NCBI RefSeq assembly: GCF_037902255.1
Contig: NZ_CP147990.1
Coordinates: 330,001 to 362,000 of the forward strand
Reading direction: 5' to 3'
Source: Candidatus Electrothrix sp. GW3-4
GTDB taxonomy: Bacteria > Desulfobacterota > Desulfobulbia > Desulfobulbales > Desulfobulbaceae
Length of the DNA stretch: 32,000 bases
Both the position numbers and the translations under genes were made by a program. Below are positions 7,872 through 17,519 of the stretch, one piece after another. A model generated the notes under the pieces. It saw nothing but the letters and a program-made list of their open reading frames with translations. It was not told the DNA's origin and did no database searches. Position 1 is the first letter of the stretch. Each line of letters opens with the position of its first letter.

Positions 7872-9224
7872 TCAATTCCCACTCGATATCCGGCAAATTG
7901 AAAAACGATATTTTCCTGAAGGTTCAGGTAAAATCTCTTTCACTTTATTGATACCAATTGAGGTTCCAGGAAAAATTGTCATAAAATAATCAGACAATGA
8001 TGATTCTACAAAAACATTGTATTCTCTCCCCGGAACGATATTTAACACCATATCATTGAGTGAATTCTGAACAATCTGCATCTGATCAATACCAGACATT
8101 TTAGTCAAGGTATTCTCTATCAAAGAAATGCCAGCAACCCTATCCCCCTTTCTATTGATAAGAAAATCTGCCACTCGTCCTGTGACTTTCCCCATTAAAG
8201 GCAACCCACGACCGCAAGAACACATCGTCCCCAAAGGAATGCCAACATCTTCCACTTGGTAGCGAATAAAAGGCATGGCGTAATTCATCAAATCAGTTAC
8301 TACAATATTACCCGGTTCACCTGGTTGAGCAGCCGTGCCATCATCCTTGATAAATTCGATCATGAGATGCTCAATATTCATGTGCATACCATCATGTTTT
8401 TCACACTCGCAGCCAATCAAACTCACCTCTTCACATCCATAACGATCTGTTACTTTACATTTAAAAACCTGTTCAATAACCGATCGCTCATGGGGTAAAA
8501 GCATCATAGAGGTCGATAATATTCCTTTTGGTCTAACCGTCGTTATAGAAAGTTCTTGAATATTTTGAGCTAGGATAAAAAGTGAATGTGCATGCCCGTA
8601 AAGCATTGTTGGCTGTACTCTATCCCAGTTGTGGACAAATTTTGCAATAGAGTCTGGAGATATCGCCATTGTGTCAAGAAAAATATATGGCTGGAGACAG
8701 TAGTGACGAATTTTCTCTTTGAAAGTTTTAGGCAAATGAGGATTGCCCCAAGCAGCACCGATAGGCTCTCCAGGCTTCCATCCTGTCCAACAATCGTGTC
8801 TTCTCGCACAGGCGTTACGTAATTCACTACATTCCTCAGTGATATAAATATCCAACGCTTTTCCGGTAGAGCCACCGGTTTTAAAACGGAGTAGACTTTC
8901 CTTTGTAAAGCCTTCTGAAGTCATATAGTTACAGTTACTCCGAATTTCTTCCTTTGTTAAAATGGGCAACTTTATTATATCAGCAGGTTCTTTTAAGCTC
9001 TCCGTATTTAATCCTATCTTTTGTAGTCTTTTGCGATAAAAAGAATTCTTCTCCCATAAAAAAGCATACATCTGCTGCAACCGCTGCCATTGAATATCCT
9101 GTAATTTCTGCAAAGAAAAAAATTGGGTCTTCTCTACTTCTCTCCAGTAAGCAAGCTTTGGACTATTATTTTTTCGGTAATATATTGGTTCAAATATTTT
9201 TTTTCTAAGTGCGTTGCTTATCAC
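7872..9224 (-). CDS. Phenylacetate-CoA-ligase / CapK / F390-synthetase-like adenylate-forming enzyme
   Basis: 450 aa. The N-terminal W..V.K.Q..S...L...QW.RL...Y pattern is typical of CapK-like proteins. An adenylation motif variant is present (FKTGGSTGKALDIY). The GTG start overlaps the upstream TGA (GTGA at 9224-9221). Confidence 0.8.
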   Translation of the reverse strand: MISNALRKKIFEPIYYRKNNSPKLAYWREVEKTQFFSLQKLQDIQWQRLQQMYAFLWEKNSFYRKRLQKIGLNTESLKEPADIIKLPILTKEEIRSNCNYMTSEGFTKESLLRFKTGGSTGKALDIYITEECSELRNACARRHDCWTGWKPGEPIGAAWGNPHLPKTFKEKIRHYCLQPYIFLDTMAISPDSIAKFVHNWDRVQPTMLYGHAHSLFILAQNIQELSITTVRPKGILSTSMMLLPHERSVIEQVFKCKVTDRYGCEEVSLIGCECEKHDGMHMNIEHLMIEFIKDDGTAAQPGEPGNIVVTDLMNYAMPFIRYQVEDVGIPLGTMCSCGRGLPLMGKVTGRVADFLINRKGDRVAGISLIENTLTKMSGIDQMQIVQNSLNDMVLNIVPGREYNVFVESSLSDYFMTIFPGTSIGINKVKEILPEPSGKYRFSICRISSGN

Positions 9225-10357
9225 GTACCAATACCCTTGTCTGAAATTTTTTCCTCATAATATTTTTCAAGATGCTGCATAGAACGTTGCCAAGAAAAGT
9301 GTTCTTCGACTTTTTTTCGGGACATCAAGCCCATCTGTTTACGCTTTTGCTGATCTACAATTAATTCATAGAGGGCATCAGCAAGCATTTGGGGGGCATT
9401 GACAGGAACACAAATTCCGTTGTTAGTTACTAGTTCAATATTTCCGCCAACAGCAGTAGCTATTACGGGAAGGCCGCATGCCATATATTCAAGAACAGCA
9501 TTGGAAAGCCCTTCGCTGTCTGAACAAAGAACACCGATATCACAATATTGGAGATAGTCGGTTACGTTATGGACAGCACCCTCGAACAAAAATAAGTCCT
9601 GTACATTCTCTTGTCTTGTTAAAGTAATGAGTTGTTCTTGTTGGCCGCCTTTGCCCAAAATCAAAACTTTAATTTTTTTCCGGTTAATACGACCAGCTAA
9701 ATTTACCATCGCTTTAACGAGAAGATCATGGCGTTTTACAGGTGTCAGGCTAGCCACAATGACCACCCAGATGTCACTTGGATTATCCACAAAAATTTGC
9801 GGTATCCTGTCGGCCTCCTTGGGTAAGCTCACACCATTATATACCACTTCAATTTTTTTCTGGGTTGTTTTTTCCCGTTTGGCTACATATTCTCTTACCC
9901 GGCAACTATTAGCGAGAATACCATCAAAACTTTTATTCACAAATGGCAACAGCATACCAAATAAGTGATGATACCATGGTTGATTTCCCTGCCCCAGGCC
10001 CATATCCCGGCGGCTTGATAGAAGTACCACATTTTTCCTACCTAACCCCGTTGCTAGCCAAGCAACGAAGATTGAATCTTCAAAAAAAGTTTGTGCCAGT
10101 TGAATTTTTTGATCAACGATTACTCTTCTTAGCTTGTTCACAACCCTTGGCAAACTCATTTTTAACAAGCCCTCATAAGCGAGTACTGTATGAGGGCATG
10201 GCAGAGAATGCTCACGCATCCAGTCAGATTCACGCAGGCAAACTAAATGAGGGATAAATTTTTTTTTATCAATCCGCTCTATTATCTCAAGTAGCTGTTT
10301 TTCTGTACCGGAGGTGTTACAGGATATCGTGTCTATCAGGTATGCCAGGCGAATCAT
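9221..10357 (-). CDS. Glycosyltransferase family 4 (GT-B)
   Basis: E-x7-E motif SEGLSNAVLEYMACGLPVIATAVGGNIELV. I moved the start from the track's 10453 to the ATG at 10357 (MIRLAYLIDT...), 5 nt after the upstream stop. The longer version would overlap the flippase gene by 91 nt. Confidence 0.85.
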   Translation of the reverse strand: MIRLAYLIDTISCNTSGTEKQLLEIIERIDKKKFIPHLVCLRESDWMREHSLPCPHTVLAYEGLLKMSLPRVVNKLRRVIVDQKIQLAQTFFEDSIFVAWLATGLGRKNVVLLSSRRDMGLGQGNQPWYHHLFGMLLPFVNKSFDGILANSCRVREYVAKREKTTQKKIEVVYNGVSLPKEADRIPQIFVDNPSDIWVVIVASLTPVKRHDLLVKAMVNLAGRINRKKIKVLILGKGGQQEQLITLTRQENVQDLFLFEGAVHNVTDYLQYCDIGVLCSDSEGLSNAVLEYMACGLPVIATAVGGNIELVTNNGICVPVNAPQMLADALYELIVDQQKRKQMGLMSRKKVEEHFSWQRSMQHLEKYYEEKISDKGIGT

Positions 10358-10362
10358 TATTT

Positions 10363-11820
10363 TTATGTGATTTTTTTTCGTATTCTGGATGTAATGCCGG
10401 TTATCAATTCCTTGGGGATTAGATTTGTCACGTAAAGAGCTCCTAAAAAACAAATAACAAGTAAACTTTTCAACGAAATGACCACAATGAAAGAGCTTTT
10501 GGGCACCAGAAGAGAGAGAGCATAAATTATCATAGACAATACAAGCAACTGAAACATCCGACTATAATGAAACTGAACTGCATATAAACGTTGAGTAGCC
10601 ATGAGGTTTAGTATGGTTGTAAGAAGGTAGCTTACATTTACTGAAATAATTGCACCAACAATGCCAAAGTGTTTAATAAGTATCCAATTCAGCAACACAT
10701 TCACTACGCATGACAATCCGTTAATGTAGGCTATAATTTTTGTTTTCTTTGTTATAACAATGCCAATTTCAAAATGATATTTCATACCAAAGACAACCAT
10801 AGACAGAACAATAGCCGGTATATAAGCGGCCGCAGCATAGTATTCCTGCGAGGTCATGGTGACGATTATTTCTCTTGAAAAAATAGATAGTAACGTTCCG
10901 GCAGCACATATTGCCAAGAGATAATAATCTAATATATTAGCATACTCCTGTTTCGCGTTAGCTTCTTTCATTATTTGAAATCTTCTGGGGAGGTAGGCCT
11001 GTAGAAAAGGCGAGGTCACGAGAGCGTGCAGAGAGCTGCCGATTTTTTGCGCAATACTATAAATCCCTGTTTCAAAAGGAGAAAAGAATGAATTGATAAA
11101 TAACTTATCCGACTCGTTTGTTATTACACGAAAAATATTTGAAAATATTAGAGGAAATGAGTAATGAACCATCTCCTTTGCATGAGTATAGGAAAAAGAA
11201 AGGCTGGTTTTGCGCAATACGGTAATAGTGAGAAAAAATGCAAAAATTATTGCGGACAATAGTGACGAATAAAATATACCTATCACCCCTGTCTGCAAGA
11301 AAACTATAAAATATATATTACAACTTATGACGAGTGTCATCCGGGCTAGCGTAATCTTAATAAAATGTATAGATTGTGCCCGCACACGAAGATAATTTAT
11401 ACCAAGATCAACTAACAGCCCAAAGAGTAGCGACAAGAGCGCAACTTGAAAAACAAGAGTATATTCATTGGTGTGAAATAATAATTCAGAAAGAATTGAT
11501 GATAAATACCAGACAAGGGGTAATGATATAATTATGACTGCAAAGACAACCCAATAGGCACTGGATATAACCAGATTGCGCTGTTCTTGTTCTTCATATT
11601 CATAATAAAAACGACCTAAAGCATTAACCAGTCCAAGGCTGATTACCAGGCCAATCAACCCTCTTGCCACATCAACCAATGCCATGACTCCATAGTCAGC
11701 AGGGGTTAGATAACGGGTATACAGAGGAAGAAGCAAAAAGCTGATTGCCTGACCAATAACAGAGCCCAGTCCATAGATACTTGAATGTTTAAGTAGAAAT
11801 TTTAGCTCTCCAAATTTCAA
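10363..11820 (-). CDS. Wzx-type oligosaccharide flippase (MOP superfamily 'polysaccharide biosynthesis protein')
   Basis: 485 aa with roughly 12-14 hydrophobic helices. The N-terminus LLKHSSIYGLGSVIGQAISFLLLPLYTRYLTPADYG is typical of the family. The TTG start overlaps the upstream TGA (TTGA, 11820-11817), and there is no nearby in-frame ATG. Confidence 0.85.
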   Translation of the reverse strand: MKFGELKFLLKHSSIYGLGSVIGQAISFLLLPLYTRYLTPADYGVMALVDVARGLIGLVISLGLVNALGRFYYEYEEQEQRNLVISSAYWVVFAVIIISLPLVWYLSSILSELLFHTNEYTLVFQVALLSLLFGLLVDLGINYLRVRAQSIHFIKITLARMTLVISCNIYFIVFLQTGVIGIFYSSLLSAIIFAFFLTITVLRKTSLSFSYTHAKEMVHYSFPLIFSNIFRVITNESDKLFINSFFSPFETGIYSIAQKIGSSLHALVTSPFLQAYLPRRFQIMKEANAKQEYANILDYYLLAICAAGTLLSIFSREIIVTMTSQEYYAAAAYIPAIVLSMVVFGMKYHFEIGIVITKKTKIIAYINGLSCVVNVLLNWILIKHFGIVGAIISVNVSYLLTTILNLMATQRLYAVQFHYSRMFQLLVLSMIIYALSLLVPKSSFIVVISLKSLLVICFLGALYVTNLIPKELITGITSRIRKKIT

Positions 11821-12980
11821 GTATGGCTCCTTGCAGCATTCACAGGTAAACCAAGTTGGCGATACACCGCATTATACGACAAAGACATTGTCCTGCTGCT
11901 GTATTTATGAATAAAATTTTTATAAGCCATGTCAGCTCTACTGGCTGCTTCTTGCGGATTTTTTATAATAAGATCAATTGCGTAAACAAGCTCATCAATG
12001 GCTTGCGGGGGCACAAGCAAAGCATCTTTTTCATGCTCCAATACATCGGGGATCCCCCCAACGGTAGTGGCAACAATTGGCCTCTTCGCCTTCATCGCCT
12101 CGAGGAGTGTTATGGGCAGTCCTTCCGTAAATGATGAAATAACATATACGTTCATAAGATGCATATAAGCTTCAGCCCTATCTCGGTATCCGGTAAAAAG
12201 TACACTTTTCTCTATACCAAGAGTTGTTGCCAACGCTGTTAACCTCGCTCTTAAAGAGCCTTCACCGATAAGAAGAAGCTTTACATTCAATCCCCGATTA
12301 CAAAAGGCCTGAAGAGCCTTTAAAAGTATATCAAAACCTTTTTCCCCGGAATAGCGCCCTATCGAACCAAGAATAAAACCTTCTTTGCAGAAATCGACAA
12401 GTTCCTGATCTAAAACCATATCGACATCCTGTTGCTCAGGAATACCATTATTTGCGACAAATATTTTTTTGGGGGAAATTTTGGGCAATCTTGGATGATG
12501 CAACATATTCTTATTTACTAAAACCACGGCATCAAAAAATTGCAGACTCCTTGCATCCAACCATTCATAAATGTATTTTTTAGAAAATCCAGGCTTAGAA
12601 GTCCAACCATGCAGGGTTGTAATAATTGGTATTTTTCTTATTCTTTTAGGTAAGAAACCGAAAAGAATATTCCCTTTGTATCCGTGGCAATGCATGAGAT
12701 GAAAGCCGTTAGTGTGGCAATATGACAACACCTTGCGTATCCCTTGAATACTCAGGCCTGGTTTCATACGAAAAGTTTTGACGGGGATACCTACTCTGTT
12801 GGCGGCAATCTCCAATGCTTTGTCAGGAATACCACACTCGCCTATACTACCGATTACAGGTGTCATACCTGACAGCTGTTGTTCCCGTGCAAGGTTCAAC
12901 AACATCACCTCTGCACCGTAGAGGCCACCACTATCAATGATGTGTAAAATTTTCAACTGAGTCGGTTGCTCATCCATCAT
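11817..12980 (-). CDS. Glycosyltransferase family 4 (GT-B)
   Basis: 387 aa with an ATG start. The N-terminal ILHIIDSGGLYGAEVMLLNL and the E-x7-E motif FTEGLPITLLEAMKAKRPIVATTVGGIPDV support the call. Confidence 0.9.
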   Translation of the reverse strand: MMDEQPTQLKILHIIDSGGLYGAEVMLLNLAREQQLSGMTPVIGSIGECGIPDKALEIAANRVGIPVKTFRMKPGLSIQGIRKVLSYCHTNGFHLMHCHGYKGNILFGFLPKRIRKIPIITTLHGWTSKPGFSKKYIYEWLDARSLQFFDAVVLVNKNMLHHPRLPKISPKKIFVANNGIPEQQDVDMVLDQELVDFCKEGFILGSIGRYSGEKGFDILLKALQAFCNRGLNVKLLLIGEGSLRARLTALATTLGIEKSVLFTGYRDRAEAYMHLMNVYVISSFTEGLPITLLEAMKAKRPIVATTVGGIPDVLEHEKDALLVPPQAIDELVYAIDLIIKNPQEAASRADMAYKNFIHKYSSRTMSLSYNAVYRQLGLPVNAARSHT

Positions 12981-13097
12981 ATCCCATTTTTTTCCTCATC
13001 ATTGACAACGCCTAATTCTCTTAATATTTGATAACCCAACGAACGAAGCTGACTATTTTCTCCTTGTATATACTCTAAAAAGCATAATTAAAGATTC

Positions 13098-13215
13098 TGG
13101 TAGTCCTGCATTGAGATGAAGAGGATTTCTCAGGGCTTATCCGTCAAAGCCCAGAAAACCGTACCAACTAACCAACCTCCGAACCGAGAATCATCACCTT
13201 GTTGCAGGACTACCA
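13098..13215. repeat. 13-bp perfect inverted repeat enclosing 92 nt (MITE-like element or structured intergenic RNA)
   Basis: tggtagtcctgca (13098-13110) is the exact reverse complement of tgcaggactacca (13203-13215). Similar short sequences flank it (aagattc 13091-13097, aaattc 13216-13221). Internal small hairpins are gggctt/aagccc and tgaga/tctca. It lies in the 272-bp gap between two operon genes. Confidence 0.6.
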
Positions 13216-13252
13216 AAATTCTGATTCGATAATTTCTATTCAACTGCAGCAC

Positions 13253-14272
13253 CTAAAAAGATCTAATTTTTGCGATTTTCAAACGAATAATCATTAAAAT
13301 GTATTCCATGCCGTAAATTTTCCAGAGAAAATCAAATTTATCATTTGAACTTCCTAATCTAGGCAATACATAGGGAGTTTCAAGCGAAGGCAATCCTCCA
13401 TGAGCAACGACAGCTACTGAGTATCCACTCCTTTTAACCTCACGAATAACCTGATTATTATAATCCTTAGCCCCGCCAAAAGGGTATGCAATTGTTTTAA
13501 CTTGTCTCTGCAATTTCTTTTCAATTATTTCTTTTGATTCAAGTATCTCTTTCATTATCGTTCCGGCATCAAGCGCGGATAAAACAGGATGAGAAAGGGA
13601 ATGTGAACCAATTTCTATGCCAGCAACAGACATTTGAGATAGCTGTTCCCATGATACAGGGGAGAATTCTACGGGCGGGCATTGCGGAATGCTCACTTTA
13701 AAATATCGAGCTACAATTTCAACAAAAATATCCTTTTCCGATTCGGGTAAAGACAAACAATAATCGGCTAAAGAGTGCCATGCTGACTCTTTACTCAAGT
13801 TATCAGTCAATATTAGTTTATGCCGATATTCCAGACATGAAATAAGGATACTTTCACATTCCGTTTTTTGAATAACAAATTTTAGCTTATCAAACCAGAA
13901 CCATGATTTTTGGTTAATGAAATCAACAGTCGTAAAAAAGGTTGCCGGGATGCCATGTTCAGTTAACAGTGGGTAAGCAATGGTAAAGAAATCAAGATAA
14001 CCATCGTCAACCGTTATGGCGACAACTGGCTTTCCTTGTGCATCTTTATGCCCTGAACTATCAAATACCTCCGACAATAGAATCGGATAAAATTTTTTTT
14101 TAATGATTCCTAACTGCCAAGAAAAAGAATCCTGTCCAACACCAATTCCCCCATCTTCCGAGAATCGATGATACATGAAAATCCTTGGCAAATCATTTGT
14201 CAAACTTAAGGATATCTTCTTTACGCCAGGGAAATTTAATAAAAACTTCTTCAGGTAAAGTTTAAATTGCAT
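13253..14272 (-). CDS. Polysaccharide deacetylase (NodB-homology / CE4)
   Basis: 339 aa. NodB motif 1 is AITVDDGYLDF and the His motif is GSHSLSHPVLS. ATG start. Confidence 0.85.
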   Translation of the reverse strand: MQFKLYLKKFLLNFPGVKKISLSLTNDLPRIFMYHRFSEDGGIGVGQDSFSWQLGIIKKKFYPILLSEVFDSSGHKDAQGKPVVAITVDDGYLDFFTIAYPLLTEHGIPATFFTTVDFINQKSWFWFDKLKFVIQKTECESILISCLEYRHKLILTDNLSKESAWHSLADYCLSLPESEKDIFVEIVARYFKVSIPQCPPVEFSPVSWEQLSQMSVAGIEIGSHSLSHPVLSALDAGTIMKEILESKEIIEKKLQRQVKTIAYPFGGAKDYNNQVIREVKRSGYSVAVVAHGGLPSLETPYVLPRLGSSNDKFDFLWKIYGMEYILMIIRLKIAKIRSF

Positions 14273-15158
14273 TTCTTTTCCCAGGAATAGTCATCTTAAT
14301 AATTGATTTCCATAGATGAAGACTAAAAGGATCATGTCTCGTAGCTTTTATAAATAATTTTATGGCCTCGTGATATTCTTTTTTACTAGCTTTATAACGC
14401 CCTCTTATTATAAATGAATGGCACCAAGCTTTGTCTATTATGGACTGTTTTAATAACTCAGGATTTTTCTTGATAAAATCATCCATTATTTGAAGTGCCA
14501 CGCGAAGTCGCTGCTCTTTATCCTGGGACATCTGCCCTTCCCAATGCCTGTAATAGGTTGTCATATTGGGGAGATAGTAAAAATCATAGCGAGTAGAAAA
14601 TCTTAGCCAAAGTTCGTAATCAATAGATCGCTGTAATCTTTCATCCATTAACCCCAGTTCATTAAAACACGCTTTTTTAACCATTACAGTATTAAAGGTT
14701 ACAAAATTTTCAAAGAGCAACTGCTCTGATATTCTGCCTTCATATCGCTTGATTTCAGGGGTTGGTAGTTTATTTCCTTTGCCATCAATATACAGTTGCT
14801 CTGTATAAATTATTTTAAACTTAGGATTTATTCTTTTAAAAGCATCAACCTGAATATTTAGCTTATCTAACTCCCAAATATTATCAGAATCCAAAAAACA
14901 AATATATTCTCCTTCTGCTTTTTTTATACCGTTATTTTTGGCAACAGTCTGGCCCTTATTCTCCTGATAGTAATATTCGACCCGAGGATCACCTAAATAT
15001 TTTTTTACTATATTTCTGGTATGATCAATAGACCCATCATCAATAATGATATGCTGTACATTCTCATAGGTTTGATTAAGCACAGAGTATATAGCCTCAT
15101 CAATAAACTGTGCCATATTATATGTGGCTGTTACAACGCTCACTAAAGGGTTGTCCAA
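14262..15158 (-). CDS. Glycosyltransferase family 2 (GT-A)
   Basis: VSVVTATYNMAQFIDEAIYSVLNQTYENVQHIIIDDGS plus the DxD motif (CFLDSDN). The TTG start is supported by AGGAG 6 nt upstream (complement of 15165-15169). Confidence 0.9.
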   Translation of the reverse strand: MDNPLVSVVTATYNMAQFIDEAIYSVLNQTYENVQHIIIDDGSIDHTRNIVKKYLGDPRVEYYYQENKGQTVAKNNGIKKAEGEYICFLDSDNIWELDKLNIQVDAFKRINPKFKIIYTEQLYIDGKGNKLPTPEIKRYEGRISEQLLFENFVTFNTVMVKKACFNELGLMDERLQRSIDYELWLRFSTRYDFYYLPNMTTYYRHWEGQMSQDKEQRLRVALQIMDDFIKKNPELLKQSIIDKAWCHSFIIRGRYKASKKEYHEAIKLFIKATRHDPFSLHLWKSIIKMTIPGKRNAI

Positions 15159-15176
15159 AACAGACTCCTAATGTGC

Positions 15177-16004
15177 TTATTTTATTGATAATTTATAACC
15201 CCAATGCAGCATTTCCGTCCGGCAAATATTTTCTATTTTTGCTATATGCGCCTTGTTTAATAAACCAACACGCCACCCTCCAGGCCCCTGAGGTTTATAG
15301 GCACGGACACTTTTATGACACAATTGCTTATCGCAAAGTTTAGAAACTCTCATCTTGTTAAAGGGCAACTCCATATTCATTGCAATTTTTTCAATTGTCA
15401 CTACTTTATCTACACAAAAATCTTCATATCTCACAAAAAAAACATCTTTATTACGCATTGCCGCAGTGATATATTTTTGCCATCGTAAAGCCAACCGTTC
15501 GATCGGGTCTATTGCTTTTATATTTAACCAGTTCTCTTTTACCCACGATACCGAAGATAACTCTTCCACACTACTAACTTTCCAAGTTTTAATGGCAGAG
15601 TTTACATAATCCCGTGGATCTCGAACAATGTAAATTACTTTTGAGCGAGGAAACTCTTTTTTGAATTCTGGAATAATAGTTGCGAAACCTGGAACTTTGA
15701 TCGCATCAAATAATACTAACTTAGGATAATCAGATATCTTTTTTGTTTTCCTATAAACATCCTGATAAACTTCCCAAACCCATTGTTGTTCTCCTTCTTC
15801 CAAAAAACGAAACCCTGGGATTTCCAAAAATAAAAGATTGGCTATCGCTGTTGTTCCCGAGCTCTCAGAGCCAACCATCAGGTAAACTTTTTTATCGCAA
15901 GGCCATTTTTTCACAATGGAAAAATATTTTACCGTAACAGAATCTTCAAGCAACGCTACCAACTTTCCAATCTTTTTTAATGTCTTACCCATGATATCAG
16001 TCAT
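15177..16004 (-). CDS. Sulfotransferase family protein
   Basis: 275 aa. A 5'-PSB-like loop (MVGSESSGTTAIANLL) and a 3'-PB-like motif (VIYIVRDPRDYVNS) match the two PAPS-binding motifs of sulfotransferases. ATG start. Confidence 0.7.
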   Translation of the reverse strand: MTDIMGKTLKKIGKLVALLEDSVTVKYFSIVKKWPCDKKVYLMVGSESSGTTAIANLLFLEIPGFRFLEEGEQQWVWEVYQDVYRKTKKISDYPKLVLFDAIKVPGFATIIPEFKKEFPRSKVIYIVRDPRDYVNSAIKTWKVSSVEELSSVSWVKENWLNIKAIDPIERLALRWQKYITAAMRNKDVFFVRYEDFCVDKVVTIEKIAMNMELPFNKMRVSKLCDKQLCHKSVRAYKPQGPGGWRVGLLNKAHIAKIENICRTEMLHWGYKLSIK

Positions 16005-16665
16005 AAACTATACCTAATTCTCTCAACTCTTTATTGTATTTTTTGCTAATTCGCTTAGGTATAATTTCTTTAAATTCGCCAAAAAAGCTAGATGTTCTGG
16101 GACCTGCAAACTTTTTATTTTCTTTACACATTTCAAATTGTTTTTTGTTTCTATACCCTACAATCTCAGCAGGATTTCCAGAGACTACAGCTAATGGCGG
16201 GACATTTTTGGTAACTGTGGCCCCCAGAGAAACAATAGCCCCCTCGCCAATTTCAACACCCGGCATGACATGAGCGGCAAAACCGATCCAGACAAAATCC
16301 CGTATAACTATGGGCTTCAATGTAATCACATTATCATAAGGGAGGTATTCAGGACGAAGGTAATTATGAGCAAACGAAACCAGAGTACTTTTTTTCCCTA
16401 TACCAACATAATTACCTACATGAATTCCACCCATGGAATGTAAAACGCAATCTCTCTGAACAAGACACTGCTTACCAAGGCGCAGTCTTGACGGCCATGA
16501 TATGGCAACATTATCTTCTATTCGGCTACCTTCTCCACAGAATCGAATACTTGCTTTATTTTGTTGCATCAATTCATGGGTATCATGCAGGTTTGCAGCA
16601 TAGCGAATTCCAATGATAATCCGTATGGGTAACAGAATGATACGTTTTATAAATTTAAGAGACAT
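15997..16665 (-). CDS. Hexapeptide-repeat (left-handed beta-helix) O-acetyltransferase
   Basis: 222 aa. Hexapeptide repeats are present in VWIGFAAHVMPGVEIGEGAIVSLGATVTKNVPPLAVVSGNPAEIV. There is an N-terminal hydrophobic segment. Confidence 0.85.
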   Translation of the reverse strand: MSLKFIKRIILLPIRIIIGIRYAANLHDTHELMQQNKASIRFCGEGSRIEDNVAISWPSRLRLGKQCLVQRDCVLHSMGGIHVGNYVGIGKKSTLVSFAHNYLRPEYLPYDNVITLKPIVIRDFVWIGFAAHVMPGVEIGEGAIVSLGATVTKNVPPLAVVSGNPAEIVGYRNKKQFEMCKENKKFAGPRTSSFFGEFKEIIPKRISKKYNKELRELGIVYD

Positions 16666-16675
16666 AACTTATTAA

Positions 16676-17500
16676 TTAAATGTTATTCACAAGAAAAACT
16701 AGCAGATTCCCGGCTATCCATTTTTCTCCCTTTTTATTTAAATGTCCTCCATCAGCAGAATATTCCGCCAGCATGGCAAGATATTTTTTTTCTTTATACT
16801 GAAATGTCATCTGTCTACCATCATCTGTTGTAGCTTCGTAGCCTGCAATATCAAACACCGGTTCTTTCCCTTGGTATTCCTGCAATAATAGCTGGTTAAA
16901 CTGATTGCGTTTAATATTATCGGTAAACTCCCACAGTTCCTTGCCCAAAAAGAGCTTTGCTTTAGTTTTCCAAGATATCGGCTGAGTGCGTAACGGCATG
17001 GTGAAATGGATGATAGTCAAGCTGGGATGTTCTTTTCTTAAAGAGGACATCGCCTCTTTATACTGTTGAAAAACATCGTTTATATCAATTTTATCGTAGG
17101 CATCTACATAGCAAAATTTGAGTGCCGCCGCATCAGGGGTAACACCGAGATCTTGATTAATAACTTTGACAAAATCATTTATTTTTGTATCAGGTTTTCG
17201 ATTTTCACCAACTTTGGAGTGGACAAAAGCACCGCCGGTGTCCATGTCCCTACGGCTTTCAACAATATTTAATTGTATTTGCGGGTGTTCTTTCATGACT
17301 GCTTGCATGCCAGCAATAATATTAAAACCAACAGACTGGTGGCCAAAATAAATTTTCTTTTTTGCCAGCGTCTGCCATTTTTCTTTAGGCACATCTTCAA
17401 TTTTTTGATACCGCATTGTTTCTCCTGCTGTGCATATCGCCACTGAAAAACTAAAAATCAAACAACTCAATAATAACCAACACAAAACTTTAACCTTCAT
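16676..17500 (-). CDS. Secreted hypothetical protein, SGNH-hydrolase-like motif pattern (paralog of 19538-20566)
   Basis: 274 aa. Signal peptide MKVKVLCWLLLSCLIFSFSVAICTA. The block IYFGHQSVG sits where SGNH block I is expected. The C-terminal ADGGHLNKKGEKWIAGNLL resembles SGNH block V (D-x-x-H...G...A). The fold assignment is an inference. Confidence 0.65.
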   Translation of the reverse strand: MKVKVLCWLLLSCLIFSFSVAICTAGETMRYQKIEDVPKEKWQTLAKKKIYFGHQSVGFNIIAGMQAVMKEHPQIQLNIVESRRDMDTGGAFVHSKVGENRKPDTKINDFVKVINQDLGVTPDAAALKFCYVDAYDKIDINDVFQQYKEAMSSLRKEHPSLTIIHFTMPLRTQPISWKTKAKLFLGKELWEFTDNIKRNQFNQLLLQEYQGKEPVFDIAGYEATTDDGRQMTFQYKEKKYLAMLAEYSADGGHLNKKGEKWIAGNLLVFLVNNI

Positions 17501-17519
17501 GTTCCCTTTTTCCTGTAAA

